64,000 nucleotides of DNA from Perkinsela sp. CCAP 1560/9 (GCA_965644495.1 CBFFSA010000033.1:29013-93012); one strand, 5' to 3'. Shown: positions 21,159 through 32,840, numbered from the stretch's first letter. Translations and numbers: made by a program. Notes: generated by a model from the sequence alone, not told the origin.

Positions 21159-22756
21159 TTTTTTTTTTTTTTTTTTTTGATCTTACAAAAAGGTTGATCT
21201 TACAAAAAGGTTGATCTTACAAAAAGGTTTTCAATGATAAGTAAAACACAGTCTGTGAACATTCATCTCAGTTTCTTTTCATAGACTTTCAGTCGTCTAA
21301 ACTTCAACTCTTATATCAATAGTCAACGCCTACCGAAAAACTCGCACGTGCCTAAAAAGCCGTATTGTCCACTTGAGTTGTGGCTATGTATTTGCGGAGT
21401 TGGGACATCACCACTGAACCGTTAAGTTCCTGTAGTCGAAGGGTGAAATCCTGTACTACGAAGTCCCGTTCGAGTCCACATGCATCAGCCAGGGTTGTGA
21501 TAAGCGCTTTGGTGTTGCTGTGCATTGCACCGCCGGAGAGCATTGGTACACATTGGAATTGCTCATTAGGAATAAGCTTAGACGCCACGTATTTGGAGAC
21601 TTTGCGTTTTATGGCATCACGGAAAAGCTGAGCGGTGCTACGTCCAACATTTGATTGCGATAGCTCGTGGACGATGGTGAAATCGTAGTATACATCTCCG
21701 CTTGCCCAATGAATCACGATATCTGGGCCCGAATGATAAAAAGATCCGGATCCGCAGGTTCTTTGGTGATGGGATTTGCCGTCGCCATCCACGCTTGCTC
21801 CACATTTTGCGCAAGTATAGGTGGAGAACTGTCTGGGTTCCAGCTCACAGGGCAGACCTGATTTTATGCATAATTCATAAATATTCCGAACCATCCTGTT
21901 GTGCTTTGCCGTTGCGTTATTGCCTGAACATTTGACGCACCCGGACACGTGCGTGAGCGCTGTACGGGGGGTAAGTAATGCATGGCACCCTGGACACTGT
22001 AAATTGGAGGGAAGGCTCGGATGTGCAATCCCAATGCGTGGCATAACTGCTAACTTGAAAAGTCGCGTAGGTACAAGTCTAGAATTTGAGGTGAGCCATG
22101 AATAGTTACCTTTGGAGCTAGCTGCTCGTATTATGTGGGCTTGCGTTTTGTCTGTCATTAATTTGTCCCGTATGTCGTTGTGGTAGAGTTCCTCGGTGAC
22201 TTCTTCTTCCTCCGTAGGGGCGTGCTGGCTGAGTTGAGGTTGGCTCTGCACTACGCCTAAACGAGCGGCGGGAGCTGAAAGGTGAGATGGTCGCTCCGTT
22301 GCTGCAAGTTTCGAACGAGTGTAGGCTGCCTCTCGAAGAGGTTCTGAGGGAGTAAGTCCAAGCCCGCCTTTTTTGAGGGGAAGGCGTGCCCAAGAAAGTT
22401 GTTCTGCTGTGAGTTCTCCAAACCACGTCTGTAGCGTATCTGATACCCTGGAGTCGAATTGTCGCGTAAGGTGCAATGATGTGTCTGGGTGGTGGACGCG
22501 AATGTGATATCTGTGGCGCACGTTGACACAGCGTGATAGGAGGAGGAGAGAAACGTTGCTTGCCCCCATAAGCTGTAGACGACGGAAGATAGTTTGGTGC
22601 TTTTCGAGCTTTTGCAGAAGCTTCTCACTTAAGATGTCTGGTTCTCCAACAAAAGCCCCCAGAACCTTTATCGCTTGTGCTTCAGTTGCCACGCCAGCTC
22701 CTTGTAATGGATTCGGAAGAGGGATTTTTTGTGTTCCTTCGAACCAGACACACTTT
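21159..22756 (-). mobile_element. 5'-truncated CRE-like element (ORF end 21352) with (AACCTTTTTGTAAGATC)x3 before the poly(A)
   Basis: IKVLG, LPLKKGGLGL, zinc knuckle, SGPDI..YD; 17-mer repeats 21179-21228; poly(T) 21159-21178. Confidence 0.9.
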
Positions 22757-23180
22757 ACTTAGGCGGTTGAGGCGTCTCCGTTGAAGCACCTTGTGGGGGA
22801 GAGGGGCTCAGTCGGATTAGCTGTGGTGAGGCGAGCGGGGGTGGCATAGGGCGCGGTAGAGCTGAGGGGGCGGAGGAGTTCAGAGGCGGCGGAGAATGGA
22901 GCGGTCGACGATTACGTGCGGCTCTCGTTGGAAACCGTGAAGGGAAGTGCGCCGCAAGGGTATCATAGAAGGAGGGTTTCTTTGCCATAATTTTGTCAGG
23001 TTGACTTGGTGGTGAGCTCGGCTGCGGTAGTGTTGTTGGCTGCGGTGGCGGTAATAGCCGCCCCTCGGCACTGCCGCATCTGCCAACGCGTGAAGTACGA
23101 ACCTCGTTTTTTTTTTTTGCTCCAATCGTCCAATTAAATTGTCATGCAGTTTTTACATGAAAATAAGCATGCAGGTCACT

Positions 23181-23555
23181 CACCCTAGTTGTTTAGTACC
23201 TTGTTATGTTTGGTACCGGGCAGTGCCGTAGTTCGATCAAAAAACGTTTTTTTTTTTTTTTTAATATCCTAAAAGAATATGACATATTTTTTTTTTTGAT
23301 AACCTAATATATTATCCCATACCCCGCGCAGCAGGGAGCTGAGCGTCAAAGAAAAAAAAAAAAACCTGTGTGGCAGTCACCCTAGTTGTGTAGTACCTTG
23401 TTATATTCGGTACCGGATGGTGCCACAATCAAATCGAAACCGGACAGCAATAAAAGAATCTACAATGTGAAATGTAGAATAAGAAAACATGAAAATAAGC
23501 ATGCAGGTCACTCACCCTAGTTGTTTAGTACCTTGTTATGTTTGGTACCAGGTGG
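23181..23555 (-). ncRNA. Three copies of a structured RNA motif (CACCY-G-stem-AACRA loop-stem-TAnnnAACTA-GGGTG) in the CRE 3' region
   Basis: Copies at about 23181-23222, 23377-23420 and 23513-23555; homologous to 32146-32337 and 42560-42618. Confidence 0.6.
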
Positions 23556-23608
23556 TGATAGAATCCATTTCATAAGACAGCAGGAAAAAACAGCAGGAAA
23601 AACGAACA

Positions 23609-23685
23609 AGATCTGGCGTGCAATTCAAGGCGTGCATAATATCTGGCGTGCAATATCTGGCGTGCAGTATCTGGCGTGCATAATA
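23609..23685. repeat. Degenerate 14-bp repeat (ATATCTGGCGTGCA)n in the 3' UTR
   Basis: About 5 copies; also present in every array cargo copy. Confidence 0.85.
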
Positions 23686-26600
23686 TCAACAACAGAATGT
23701 ACTATTTTTGAAGCTTTGACTTGAAGCAAAAGCTAATCATAGTCGTAGACCTCCAACCCATTTTTCAGCCTGAATATATTGCCGCAATTGAGAAACTACT
23801 GCGTATGCAGAATATTTCTCTAACTCAAGCTGAAAGGCTTTTCGTGTTGGCGTATAATCTAGACCTGCCCTCTTTGCCAATGTTTTTAGTAGCTGTTTAG
23901 TCTCCTCGTGCAAGACCCCACAATCAGTAATCGCAATGCAACGGAAACTTTCGGGATCTAAGCCTTTCTCCTTCATGTATTTATTATTCTTTCTGTCTTG
24001 GGCACTCTGGAGCAAGTCATTGCTACTTTGCTTTCGGTAGCTACTGCAACACGTATGAACTACGGTTAAATCGTATAAAATTTCACCAACGTCGGGCCAC
24101 AAGATCGCAAGGTCTGGTCCGGATCTGATTCTACGAGCTCGGCATGGGTGTTGTTCTGCTGCTTCTGGGGAAATTGAACATTTGCACTTAGTGCAGAAGA
24201 ATGACGTGTGAATTCGTGGCTCGATTGCACAAGGGAGACTGGCTTTGGAACACAGATCGGAAAGATATCGCACCAAATGAGAGTGTTTGCGTGTACAGTT
24301 CATTCCAGCGCATCGTGAGCAACCGGCTACGTGAGGAATGATTTTGCATGCCGACTCTACAATTCCACATCCCGGGCATGTGATATTGCATGGAGCGTTA
24401 CTGAGTTCGATTCCGAGGCGCATCATAAGAGTGTACCGAAAGAGGTAGGGATTTACGTAATTGTTCGTCGAGTCTAAATGTGTGCTCGCTTCTTTTGTGC
24501 GTTTCGTGATATCTTGAAATCTGGGATTCTCGTTCAAATCCATTGCTACCTTTTCATGTTCACTCTTCATATTCTTTGACAGCTGGGTACGTACCGCCTG
24601 AGCTTTCGATCCAGGACTACTTACTTGTTTCTTGGCTGAGCTATCTACTGGAGCATTAGAGGGCTGATTTCGCTCTTCAATAGATTTGCGTGAGGCTTCG
24701 AAAAAGTAACGTTGCTTTAGAACCGTTGAGGTAATTCCAAGGCCTCCCATTTTACATGGAAGGGCGGCGAGTTTGAGGGCTTCACTGTCAGCACCACACC
24801 ATTTCTTTAGAATCTTGTGTATTTCTTCATCAAAGGTCTGTGCTAGGAGAATAGAGGCTCCAGGTTTGTGGACTCGCAGATGGTAGTCGTGGCGCGGTAA
24901 TGTGCATCTCTTGAGAATCGCGAGCGATAAGTTGCTTGGGCCCATAATCTTGAGTCTTCGGAAAAGACATTTATGTTTCTCCAGCTTTTCCAACAGTTTT
25001 CGCTCCACTGCTTTATTGTGTCCTATGTACGCCCCAAGAACTTTGATGGAATCCACGCAGTCTTCCACCCCAAGCTCTCGAAGTGACATGCCTCGGTGGT
25101 TAGTGGTGTTATTGCCTTGGAAAAGTTCGCACTTGCGAGAATTTATTTCGAGGTTTAATTCACTTGTCAGTTCTTTAAAATGAAGAAAAGCAACTTCCAA
25201 TGATGATTCATTCTTAGAACTCATGGTAACATCGTCTTGGTAGGCTCGAATGGTGACGTCTGGATAGAGTTTCGCAATTTTCTTCAACGGACCTTGCAGC
25301 ACGGCGCAGAAATATACTGACGAGAGTGCTGATCCCTGTCGGACTCCTGATGAGCTTTCAATTACGGAATGCAAGGTATTGTTCGCGAAGAAAAGAAGTT
25401 CCGATGATTGCCCGTACTCAAAATAAAACATTCGCATGAAATATTTGAATACTGGATACTCAAGAAGAGCTTGCTCTATTGATGTGCGATGTTTCTGTAC
25501 CTTGTTGTTTTATTTTTATTTTTACTCGTATGAACACGCAAAACGCCGAACAAATTATGAAGAGGGGATCAACGCTCGATAAGCCAAAGAAAACCCCCCG
25601 TGTGAGAGTTATTATGAGTGCAAAGGAATTATCGCCGAACTGGGCCGACCACGAGGTACATAGCAACTACCGACGGCCAAGGATAAAATTTTCTGATGCA
25701 AGGCCGACCTCACAAGAGTCCGAGAATGATTCCGATGAGGAGAGAGATTCATCCAAACATCCTGAAGATTGCGAAGGCGCCTCCGATGATACCACAGGCG
25801 AAGAATCTGATGTGATGTCGGTGGATGAGGAAGTGACGTCGATGGATGGGGAAGTGGGGCAACGCAAAAACGAAGAATTTCCGAAGGCTCCAGATCACAT
25901 CAACACCATTATCCATGAATGGGGCAAAGGAACGACGTGCGAACTGAGATGGGGATTCAAAAAAGAGCAGAAATATGCCTCAAAAGGAGTAGTGGTGAAG
26001 AGGACTGTCCGAAAAGGTATTGTAAAGCTGAAGGTGGAATACAAGCCAAGCGACGGAGACAATGGACCCTCTGGTTTTATCTACCTTCCTCCATCTGCAA
26101 AAGTGAAAATTTGGTCCATTAAGGCACTGTGTCTAAATAAAGTAAAAAGCGTCGATGTGTCAATGGAAAACACTGGAAATTCAGAGAACAAGGAGGAGCG
26201 AGGCATTGAGGGAACATCTGATTTGGAACCGCTGCCAAAGATGGCACAAATTGATCCAACGTTTGCCGTCCATGTAATCGCGATTTTTCGTTCCATTATT
26301 AAAGCGTACCCGAAGGCTCAGACAGAAGCAGAAAGAACTGTTATCTGGCACAAACTCCTCGATACACCACGGGACTCTTTGGCCACAGTCCGTCTAAACT
26401 ACCTACGGCGCCAGAGCTCCGTACAGCGTCGAGGGAGACGTGAGTGGGAAACTATCGATACGAACATTACCGAGGAAGAACGACTTGTACAAGAAGTAGA
26501 CAAACGATCAATTCGAAATGCATTGCAAGCAGCAAAGGCAGGAAATCTTGGAAAAGCTACCCGCATACTCGACAATGTTTACAAGGACTCTGCTCTTCCA

Positions 26601-27416
26601 CTCTGGGAAAAGGTTGACAAACTTCGAGATCTACACCCCAAAGGCCCTACACCTCAAACTTCTGATCGAGACTTCCCGCGAATTGCGATATTGGAACCTT
26701 CTGAACTTCGTCTAGCGACTGAAAAATTGTCAAAAGGTGCAGCTCCTGGCCCGACAGGTCTGAGTGAAAGCATGATGCGAATTTTAGTGGAGGACGAAGA
26801 ATCCTGCCTTTCACTCTGCCACATGCTGAGAGACGTCATAAATGGGGAAGTTGCGAAAAGTGTCCGAGTAAGATTAACACGATGCAGAATGATAGCCCTT
26901 GCAAAACCGAACAATGGAATACGACCGGTTGCAATGGGGGAAACGCTGCTAAAAATTTGCGGGTGTATCCTCCTTGAGCGCCATGCGAACTCCTTGTCAG
27001 ACATATTCCAACTTTTTTTTTTATAGGAGATTTCAACGCCCCCTTAACGCTTATATCAAAAAAGTGGTCTTAATCAAACAAGCAAGCAAAGTAAGATGAA
27101 TTTTTTTTTTTTTTTTTTTTTTGCGAGACGCTTGGAAAAAAAATAAGCGTTCCAGGAAATGAAACCACCAACTCCTCAATAATCTAACGTAAATTGAAGG
27201 TATTTTTTTTTTTTTTTATTCTATTAGAATTTCCCTGAGTTGGTGATCTCAGGCTACTATTGAAAAGGGAATGTTATGGTCTTTCGGTTTTATATAACAA
27301 TATCTTCATATAGTCGAACGTGTACGAGCTGCCGTCATATGTTAAGAATTTGGGTTTTCTCAAATACCCGTAAATTTAGATTACAAATTTTACTTTAAAG
27401 AGACTTTAAATATATC

Positions 27417-30400
27417 TTATAGGCGCAATTCACTCATCCACTTCTCTGCTGGAATGTAGTCTCGGAGCTGCGACACTACCGTGTACGCTGACATTTTTTC
27501 GATTTCGAGCTGGAAAGCATTGCGCACGCTTTCATATTTAAGTTTCGCTCTTTGTGAGAGAGCCTTCAGCAACGCCTTAGTATCGTCATGTAGAAGGCCG
27601 CAATCTGTTGCAGCCAGACACTTAAACGAATCGCTATCGACACCCTTCTCAGTAACGTATTTCTTATATTTTCTGTCGGAGACCTGCTGCATAAGGGCAG
27701 AGCTGGTGTGTTTTGCGTAGCTTGAGCAGCACGTATGTACTATTGTGAAGTCGTAGAGTACCTCACCCATGTGAGGCCACATGATGGCCAGATCTGGACC
27801 TGAACGAATACGGCGTGCTTTGCAAGGATGTTGCGCGGCGACATCTGCTGAGATAGTGCACTTACATTTAGTGCAATGATACGAGGAGTAGATGCGGGGT
27901 TCGATCACGCTAGGAAGGCCTGCTTTTGAGCACAACTCTGAGAGATACCGGACGATATGTGAATGTTTGCGTGTGGAGTTCATCCCGGAGCATCGGGAGC
28001 ATCCAGCAACGTGGGGAATAATGGTGGAGGGTGATTCTTGATTAGAACAGCCGGGGCATGTTACTTTGGCCGGTGCCTTAGGCAAGCCAATTCCTAAGCG
28101 CATCATGAGCGTATATCGGAATAGGTATGGGTTAACGTAGTTGCTGGTGTTTTCGAGGTGGATATTAGCCTCTTTAGTGCGTTTTATGATGTTCGCTGCG
28201 GTGGAGTCTTTCTGTATTTCTGTCAATTGTTTTTCGTGAGCTTGACTCATGATCTTCTTAAGCGATTTGCGGGCCTTTTCTGCGCGGCTCTGAATTTTAG
28301 CTTTGCTCTTGTCATTGCCTTGCGAATCTACCGGAGCTTTATTGGGTTCCAAGTGCTCTTCAATAGATTCTCGGGCTGCTGCGAAGTAGTGCTGCTGTTT
28401 CAGAGTGCAAGAAGTCAGTCCTAATCCACCTAATTTTTGCGGGAGAGCTGCGAGCTTAAGTGCCTGGGCGTCCGCGCCGCACCATTTCTGCAAGACTTCG
28501 TGTACGTGGCTTTCAAAAGAATGTGCCAGACGCCGAGTGGCCTCCGGGCGGTGAACTCTCAGATGATAGTCTTGACGTGGAATTGTACATCGGCGAAGAA
28601 TCGCGAGAGAAAGGTTACTGGGGCCCATGAGAAGTAAACGGCGGAAAAGGCATTTATGCTTACTGAGTTTGCGCAGGAGAAGATCCTCTACCACATTATC
28701 TTTCCCGATATAGGCTCCCAGAATCTTGATCGAATCAGTGCAAAGCTTGACGCCTAGATTATGCAAAGAGAACGGTTCGTATGTGGTATTTTTCTGGAAA
28801 AATTCGCATTTCTGAAAGTTGACGCGTAGATTGAGCTCGCCTGTGATTTCACGTAAGTGCAGGAACGCAGCTTCAAGTGACGGTACGTTTGTAGAGCTGA
28901 GAGTCACATCGTCTTGATATGCTCGTATTTTGACGTCGGGGTATAAGCTTGCGATCTCGCGAATGGGACCGTGTAAAAGTGCACAGAAGTACATGGAGGA
29001 TAATGATGAGCCTTGTCGAATTCCTGACGAACTTTCGATGGTCGCGAAAAGAGCGTTGTGTGCGAAAAACAAAAGTTCGGATGAGAGGCCGTATTCAAGG
29101 TAAAACAGTCGCATAAAAGGTTTGAACACAGGATTCTCTAGTAGTGCTTGTGTTATGGCGTCGCGTCGTGGAGTGTTGTATGCGTTCGTGAAATCTACCG
29201 TAATCAATGCGCATCCATCCTCGTATTCTTGTAGTAGCTCATGCACTATTGATTCACATGCGCTCTTGTGGAGAACGCCCCGCTGCATAGGCGAAAAGTA
29301 TTTTCGTAGTGCACATTCATGTCGCTCGAGTAAAATGGATCCGCAGATTTTTAGGATCGTCTCCCCCATGGCGACTGGCCGTATACCGTTTTGTGGCTTC
29401 GGAAGAGCAATAATTCGGCAACGAGTGAGACGCTTCCGCACGCTTACAGGCACGTCGCCATTGATAACGTCGCGAATCATATGGCATAATGAAAGGCATG
29501 CTTCTTCATCTTCAACAAGCAAACGCATCATGCTCTCACTAAGCCCGCTTGGTCCCGGAGATGCCCCTCGCGCAAGTTTTTCGACTGCAAGGCGGAGTTC
29601 TGATTTATCTACAACGCCGATCCGTGGAAAGTCAGCTTCCGGAATTTCAATACTAGGCCCCTCGGGATGCAAATCGCGAAGTTTCTGTAATTTTTCATGC
29701 GCTGTAAGATTGGAGACCTTGTAAACGTTGTCGAGAATTCGAGTGGCTTTCCCGATGTTTCCAGCTCGAGCGGTCGTTAAAGCATTCTTGATCGAGCGAC
29801 GGTCGACGCCAAGTTCTTCCCTTTGTTCTATGCTGAGTGTTTCGTTTTCCGATGGATCCGCTTGTTTGTTTATGTGTCCGACTCGTTGATTTTGCCGAGA
29901 AAGTTGACGAATAGTAGCGAGCGAGTCTCTTGGTGCGTTCAAAAATTTATGCCAGATAGCTGTTTTCTCAGAGTCAAGTTCTACCGATGGATACCCACGA
30001 AGTATGGCTCGGAAGATGGCGACTACATGGATTGAAAAAGATGAATCAATGGGTACCATCGTGGGCAGCGGCTCGAGATCACTTTGACCATTTTCATCGC
30101 TAGACACGTTGTCGGCGTGTTCTTCTAAATTCCGCGTAATTGTTTCGACTTTGATCAGTTTCGTGGCTCGTATCGAACAGATTCTGATCCTGTTTGTGTG
30201 TGGAAGATAAAGAAAGCCACTGGGACCTTTGCTGCCTTGAGCTGGATTGTAAGAGATTTTGACTTTGACCATTCCTTTTCGTGAGGTCCTACCTACGACG
30301 ATGCCTTTCGACGTGTAATTCACCGTGTCTTGTCGGAAGCCCCACTCGATAACACATTCCGTGCCTTTGCCCCACTTTGCTACCATGTTGTGCACATGAT

Positions 30401-30956
30401 CCGGTGCTTTGGAAAGAGCACTTCTGTTTGCCAGATCTGCTATGACCTCGTTATCGCTGTCAAGAGACATATCTTCGCTCTCGTCTTCGTAATGTTCCTC
30501 TTCCGAGTCAATATCCGGTGTTGTCTCTTGTTGTGGTTCTTGACGTGGCTGTTCGTCGAAAGATGTCAATCGAAAGGTCTTAGGCGTGATTTTGATTTTG
30601 ATTTTGTCGCTGTGCGCACTGTTCTGTTCGCCGTGATCAGCCCAGTCTTTTGGCAGAGGTGTAGATCCGACGATTCGAATTCTTGGGGTTTTCTTTGGTT
30701 TGGACATTTCATGCGTAATTCGGCCATCTCCTGTGGTGAGATCGGGTAAGTCTGACGCCGTGTGATTTCCGGAGCGTTCCTTCATTCCCTCTTTCCGCGA
30801 AACTTGTAGAATCTTGATTATTGAGCCGTCTGAGGAAACCGTTGTTGTGCTCTTCTTTTCTTTGCCACGCTTTCCTTTTTCACGTGATTTCTCTGTTGTA
30901 CGACTTGTCTTCAGGTCTGAATTTTTGCTCACGACTGAGCGGGAAGGGCGTGTCAT
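27417..30956 (-). CDS. RT-REL polyprotein, 1179 aa, intact
   Basis: First ATG after the SL; VDFTNAYN, GIRQGSSLS, AYQDDV, CPGC..HVAGCSRC, RKH, SGPDL..YDF. Confidence 0.93.
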   Translation of the reverse strand: MTRPSRSVVSKNSDLKTSRTTEKSREKGKRGKEKKSTTTVSSDGSIIKILQVSRKEGMKERSGNHTASDLPDLTTGDGRITHEMSKPKKTPRIRIVGSTPLPKDWADHGEQNSAHSDKIKIKITPKTFRLTSFDEQPRQEPQQETTPDIDSEEEHYEDESEDMSLDSDNEVIADLANRSALSKAPDHVHNMVAKWGKGTECVIEWGFRQDTVNYTSKGIVVGRTSRKGMVKVKISYNPAQGSKGPSGFLYLPHTNRIRICSIRATKLIKVETITRNLEEHADNVSSDENGQSDLEPLPTMVPIDSSFSIHVVAIFRAILRGYPSVELDSEKTAIWHKFLNAPRDSLATIRQLSRQNQRVGHINKQADPSENETLSIEQREELGVDRRSIKNALTTARAGNIGKATRILDNVYKVSNLTAHEKLQKLRDLHPEGPSIEIPEADFPRIGVVDKSELRLAVEKLARGASPGPSGLSESMMRLLVEDEEACLSLCHMIRDVINGDVPVSVRKRLTRCRIIALPKPQNGIRPVAMGETILKICGSILLERHECALRKYFSPMQRGVLHKSACESIVHELLQEYEDGCALITVDFTNAYNTPRRDAITQALLENPVFKPFMRLFYLEYGLSSELLFFAHNALFATIESSSGIRQGSSLSSMYFCALLHGPIREIASLYPDVKIRAYQDDVTLSSTNVPSLEAAFLHLREITGELNLRVNFQKCEFFQKNTTYEPFSLHNLGVKLCTDSIKILGAYIGKDNVVEDLLLRKLSKHKCLFRRLLLMGPSNLSLAILRRCTIPRQDYHLRVHRPEATRRLAHSFESHVHEVLQKWCGADAQALKLAALPQKLGGLGLTSCTLKQQHYFAAARESIEEHLEPNKAPVDSQGNDKSKAKIQSRAEKARKSLKKIMSQAHEKQLTEIQKDSTAANIIKRTKEANIHLENTSNYVNPYLFRYTLMMRLGIGLPKAPAKVTCPGCSNQESPSTIIPHVAGCSRCSGMNSTRKHSHIVRYLSELCSKAGLPSVIEPRIYSSYHCTKCKCTISADVAAQHPCKARRIRSGPDLAIMWPHMGEVLYDFTIVHTCCSSYAKHTSSALMQQVSDRKYKKYVTEKGVDSDSFKCLAATDCGLLHDDTKALLKALSQRAKLKYESVRNAFQLEIEKMSAYTVVSQLRDYIPAEKWMSELRL

Positions 30957-30983
30957 AACGATTGAGATAATAAGAAAATAAAT

Positions 30984-31015
30984 CAACAAGGTACAGAAAC
31001 TGTATCTTTATCGTT
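30984..31015 (-). other. Retroposed spliced leader (32 nt)
   Basis: AACGATAAAGATACAGTTTCTGTACCTTGTTG lying inside the TSD. Confidence 0.9.
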
Positions 31016-32080
31016 ATTCCAACCGATCCAAAGAGGCATATTACAAAAGAATGCATGTGAGTCCATTGTACATGAACTTTTGGAAGAGCATGAAGCTGGA
31101 GCCACAATTTTGACGATTGACTTCAAGAATGCATACAATACGCCACAACGTACGGCAATAGAAGAAGCGCTCCTTCAATACCCGGTATTCAAACACTTTA
31201 TGCGAATGTTCTATTTTGAATATGGTCAACCATCGGAACTTTTATTTTTCGCCAACGACTCATTACATTCCGTGATCGAAAGCTCGTCTGGGGTCCGTCA
31301 AGGATCAGCACTCTCTTCGGTTTATTTTTGCGCACTGCTACAAGGTCCTTTGAAAGAAATTGCGAAGCTCTATCCAGAGGTTACTATCAGAGCCTACCAG
31401 GACGATGTGACGATGAGCTCCAAAAATGAGTCATCTTTGGAAGTTGCGTTCCTTCACCTCAAAGAACTAGCAAGTGGTCTGAATCTTGAAATTAATTCCC
31501 GTAAATGCGAAGTATTCCAAGGCTACAGTTCAACGAATAATCGAGGGATGGATCTCAAGGAACTTGGGGTGGAAGACTGTGTGGATTCCATCAAGGTCCT
31601 AGGAGCATACATCGGGCATAATAAAGCCGTTGAACGAAAGCTCTTGGAGAAGTTAGGGAAACATAAATGTTTATTTCGAAGACTTCGCGCTATGGGTCCC
31701 AGCAACTTGTCACTAGCGATTCTCAAGCGATGTACCATACCCCGTCATGATTACCACCTTCGAGTCCATAAACCTGGAGCTTCGTTTCTTCTTGCCCAGG
31801 TGTTCGACGAGGAAATCCATGAGATCCTAAAGAAATGGTGTGGTGCAGATAGTGAAGCACTTAAACTCTCTGCCCTCCCATGTAAAATGGGAGGTCTAGG
31901 AATCACCTCAACCGTTCTAAAGCAACGCTACTTTTTCGAAGCGTCCCTAAAATCTATTGATGAGCGATCGAAACCCATTAATGCTCCGGTAGATAAGGGA
32001 GGCAAGAAACAAGCCGACAGCACACGAACGAATTCACAAGCTGCACGCACCCAGCTAAGAAAGAGCATGAAGAATGAACA

Positions 32081-32628
32081 ATATGTCAGGGCATCCGGCT
32101 TATGTCGGATGATGGGACTTAGCGATCCCAGCTTCCCGAGCTAACTCACCCGGCGTCGCATAACAAGACGCTAAAGAACTAGGGTGAATACGATGAATAC
32201 AATATGGATGACACTACCCGGTGCCAGTAAAACGAGGCACTAAATAATTAGGGTGGATGTCATTCTGGCAACGTAGAATGGGTGGCACCGCCCGGTACCG
32301 AATATAACAAGGTACTAAGAAACTAGGGTGGGTGCCATTCGGGCTAATCTTTGGAATGTGTTTGTGTTTTTTTTTATCCACCCTCAAAAGATAGAGTGGT
32401 TTTTTTTGGTCAAGGGGCGCCTTATTTGCATTACCTAAGGCGCAGGGGTATAGCGCACCCCACCTCCCTAGCTGTAACCTAACTCCTCTCCAAACGGAGG
32501 TCAGCCGTAGCTTGCTATGGCTGGCTCTCCGGATACGTCGCAAGACGTATTCGGACTGCCCGTTTGGGGAGTTGAGGGGCCATAACTTTTCGGAGTCAAA
32601 AGGCCCAATACATCATCATCATCATCAT
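32081..32628 (+). mobile_element. SINE-like non-autonomous partner of the RTE-like LINE; (CAT)n tail; 15-bp TSD CATGAAGAATGAACA
   Basis: TSD 32066-32080 / 32629-32643; last ~145 bp match 42638-42784; three RNA-motif copies. Confidence 0.9.
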
Positions 32629-32840
32629 CATGAAGAATGAACACGAGAAGACAGCAGCAGAATTGAATGCAATACCGAGATTCCAAAATATCATAAAGCG
32701 AACGAAGGAGGCGAACAATCACTTAGATTCAACGTGCAACTACGTAAATCCATATCTTTTTCGTTACACTCGAATGATGCGCCTAGGAATTGCTCTAAGT
32801 AATGTGTCAGGCGAGATTACATGCCCTGGATGTGGAACAA

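Larger units (their letters stand above)
23068..25490 (-). mobile_element. 3' part of full-length CRE-like element A' (continues at 38779-39421 and 39942-40932); ORF stop at 23737
   Basis: KNAYNTP (38779) joins RTSIEQALLEYPVFKYFMRM (25490); AYQDDV, REL; long 3' UTR. Confidence 0.9.
27013..31015 (-). mobile_element. Intact SL-capped, polyadenylated CRE-like retrotransposon with 8-9-bp TSD (T)ATTCCAAC
   Basis: SL 30984-31015; poly(T) 27013-27022 and ~27101-27122; TSD 27004-27012 / 31015-31023. Confidence 0.95.

Noticed and set aside
22757-23067. GC-rich Pro/Ser-rich segment
   Set aside because: Low complexity with stops in the plausible frames; origin cannot be assigned without a search.
23737-27026. 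Twin-priming 5' inversion suggested by head-to-head CRE pieces
   Set aside because: Each piece continues in frame elsewhere (38779 and 31016); they are two nested elements.
32081-32150. HDV-like ribozyme at the SINE 5' end
   Set aside because: A P3/L3-like hairpin (AGC-TTCCCGA-GCT) exists but I could not assign P1/P2 pairing.
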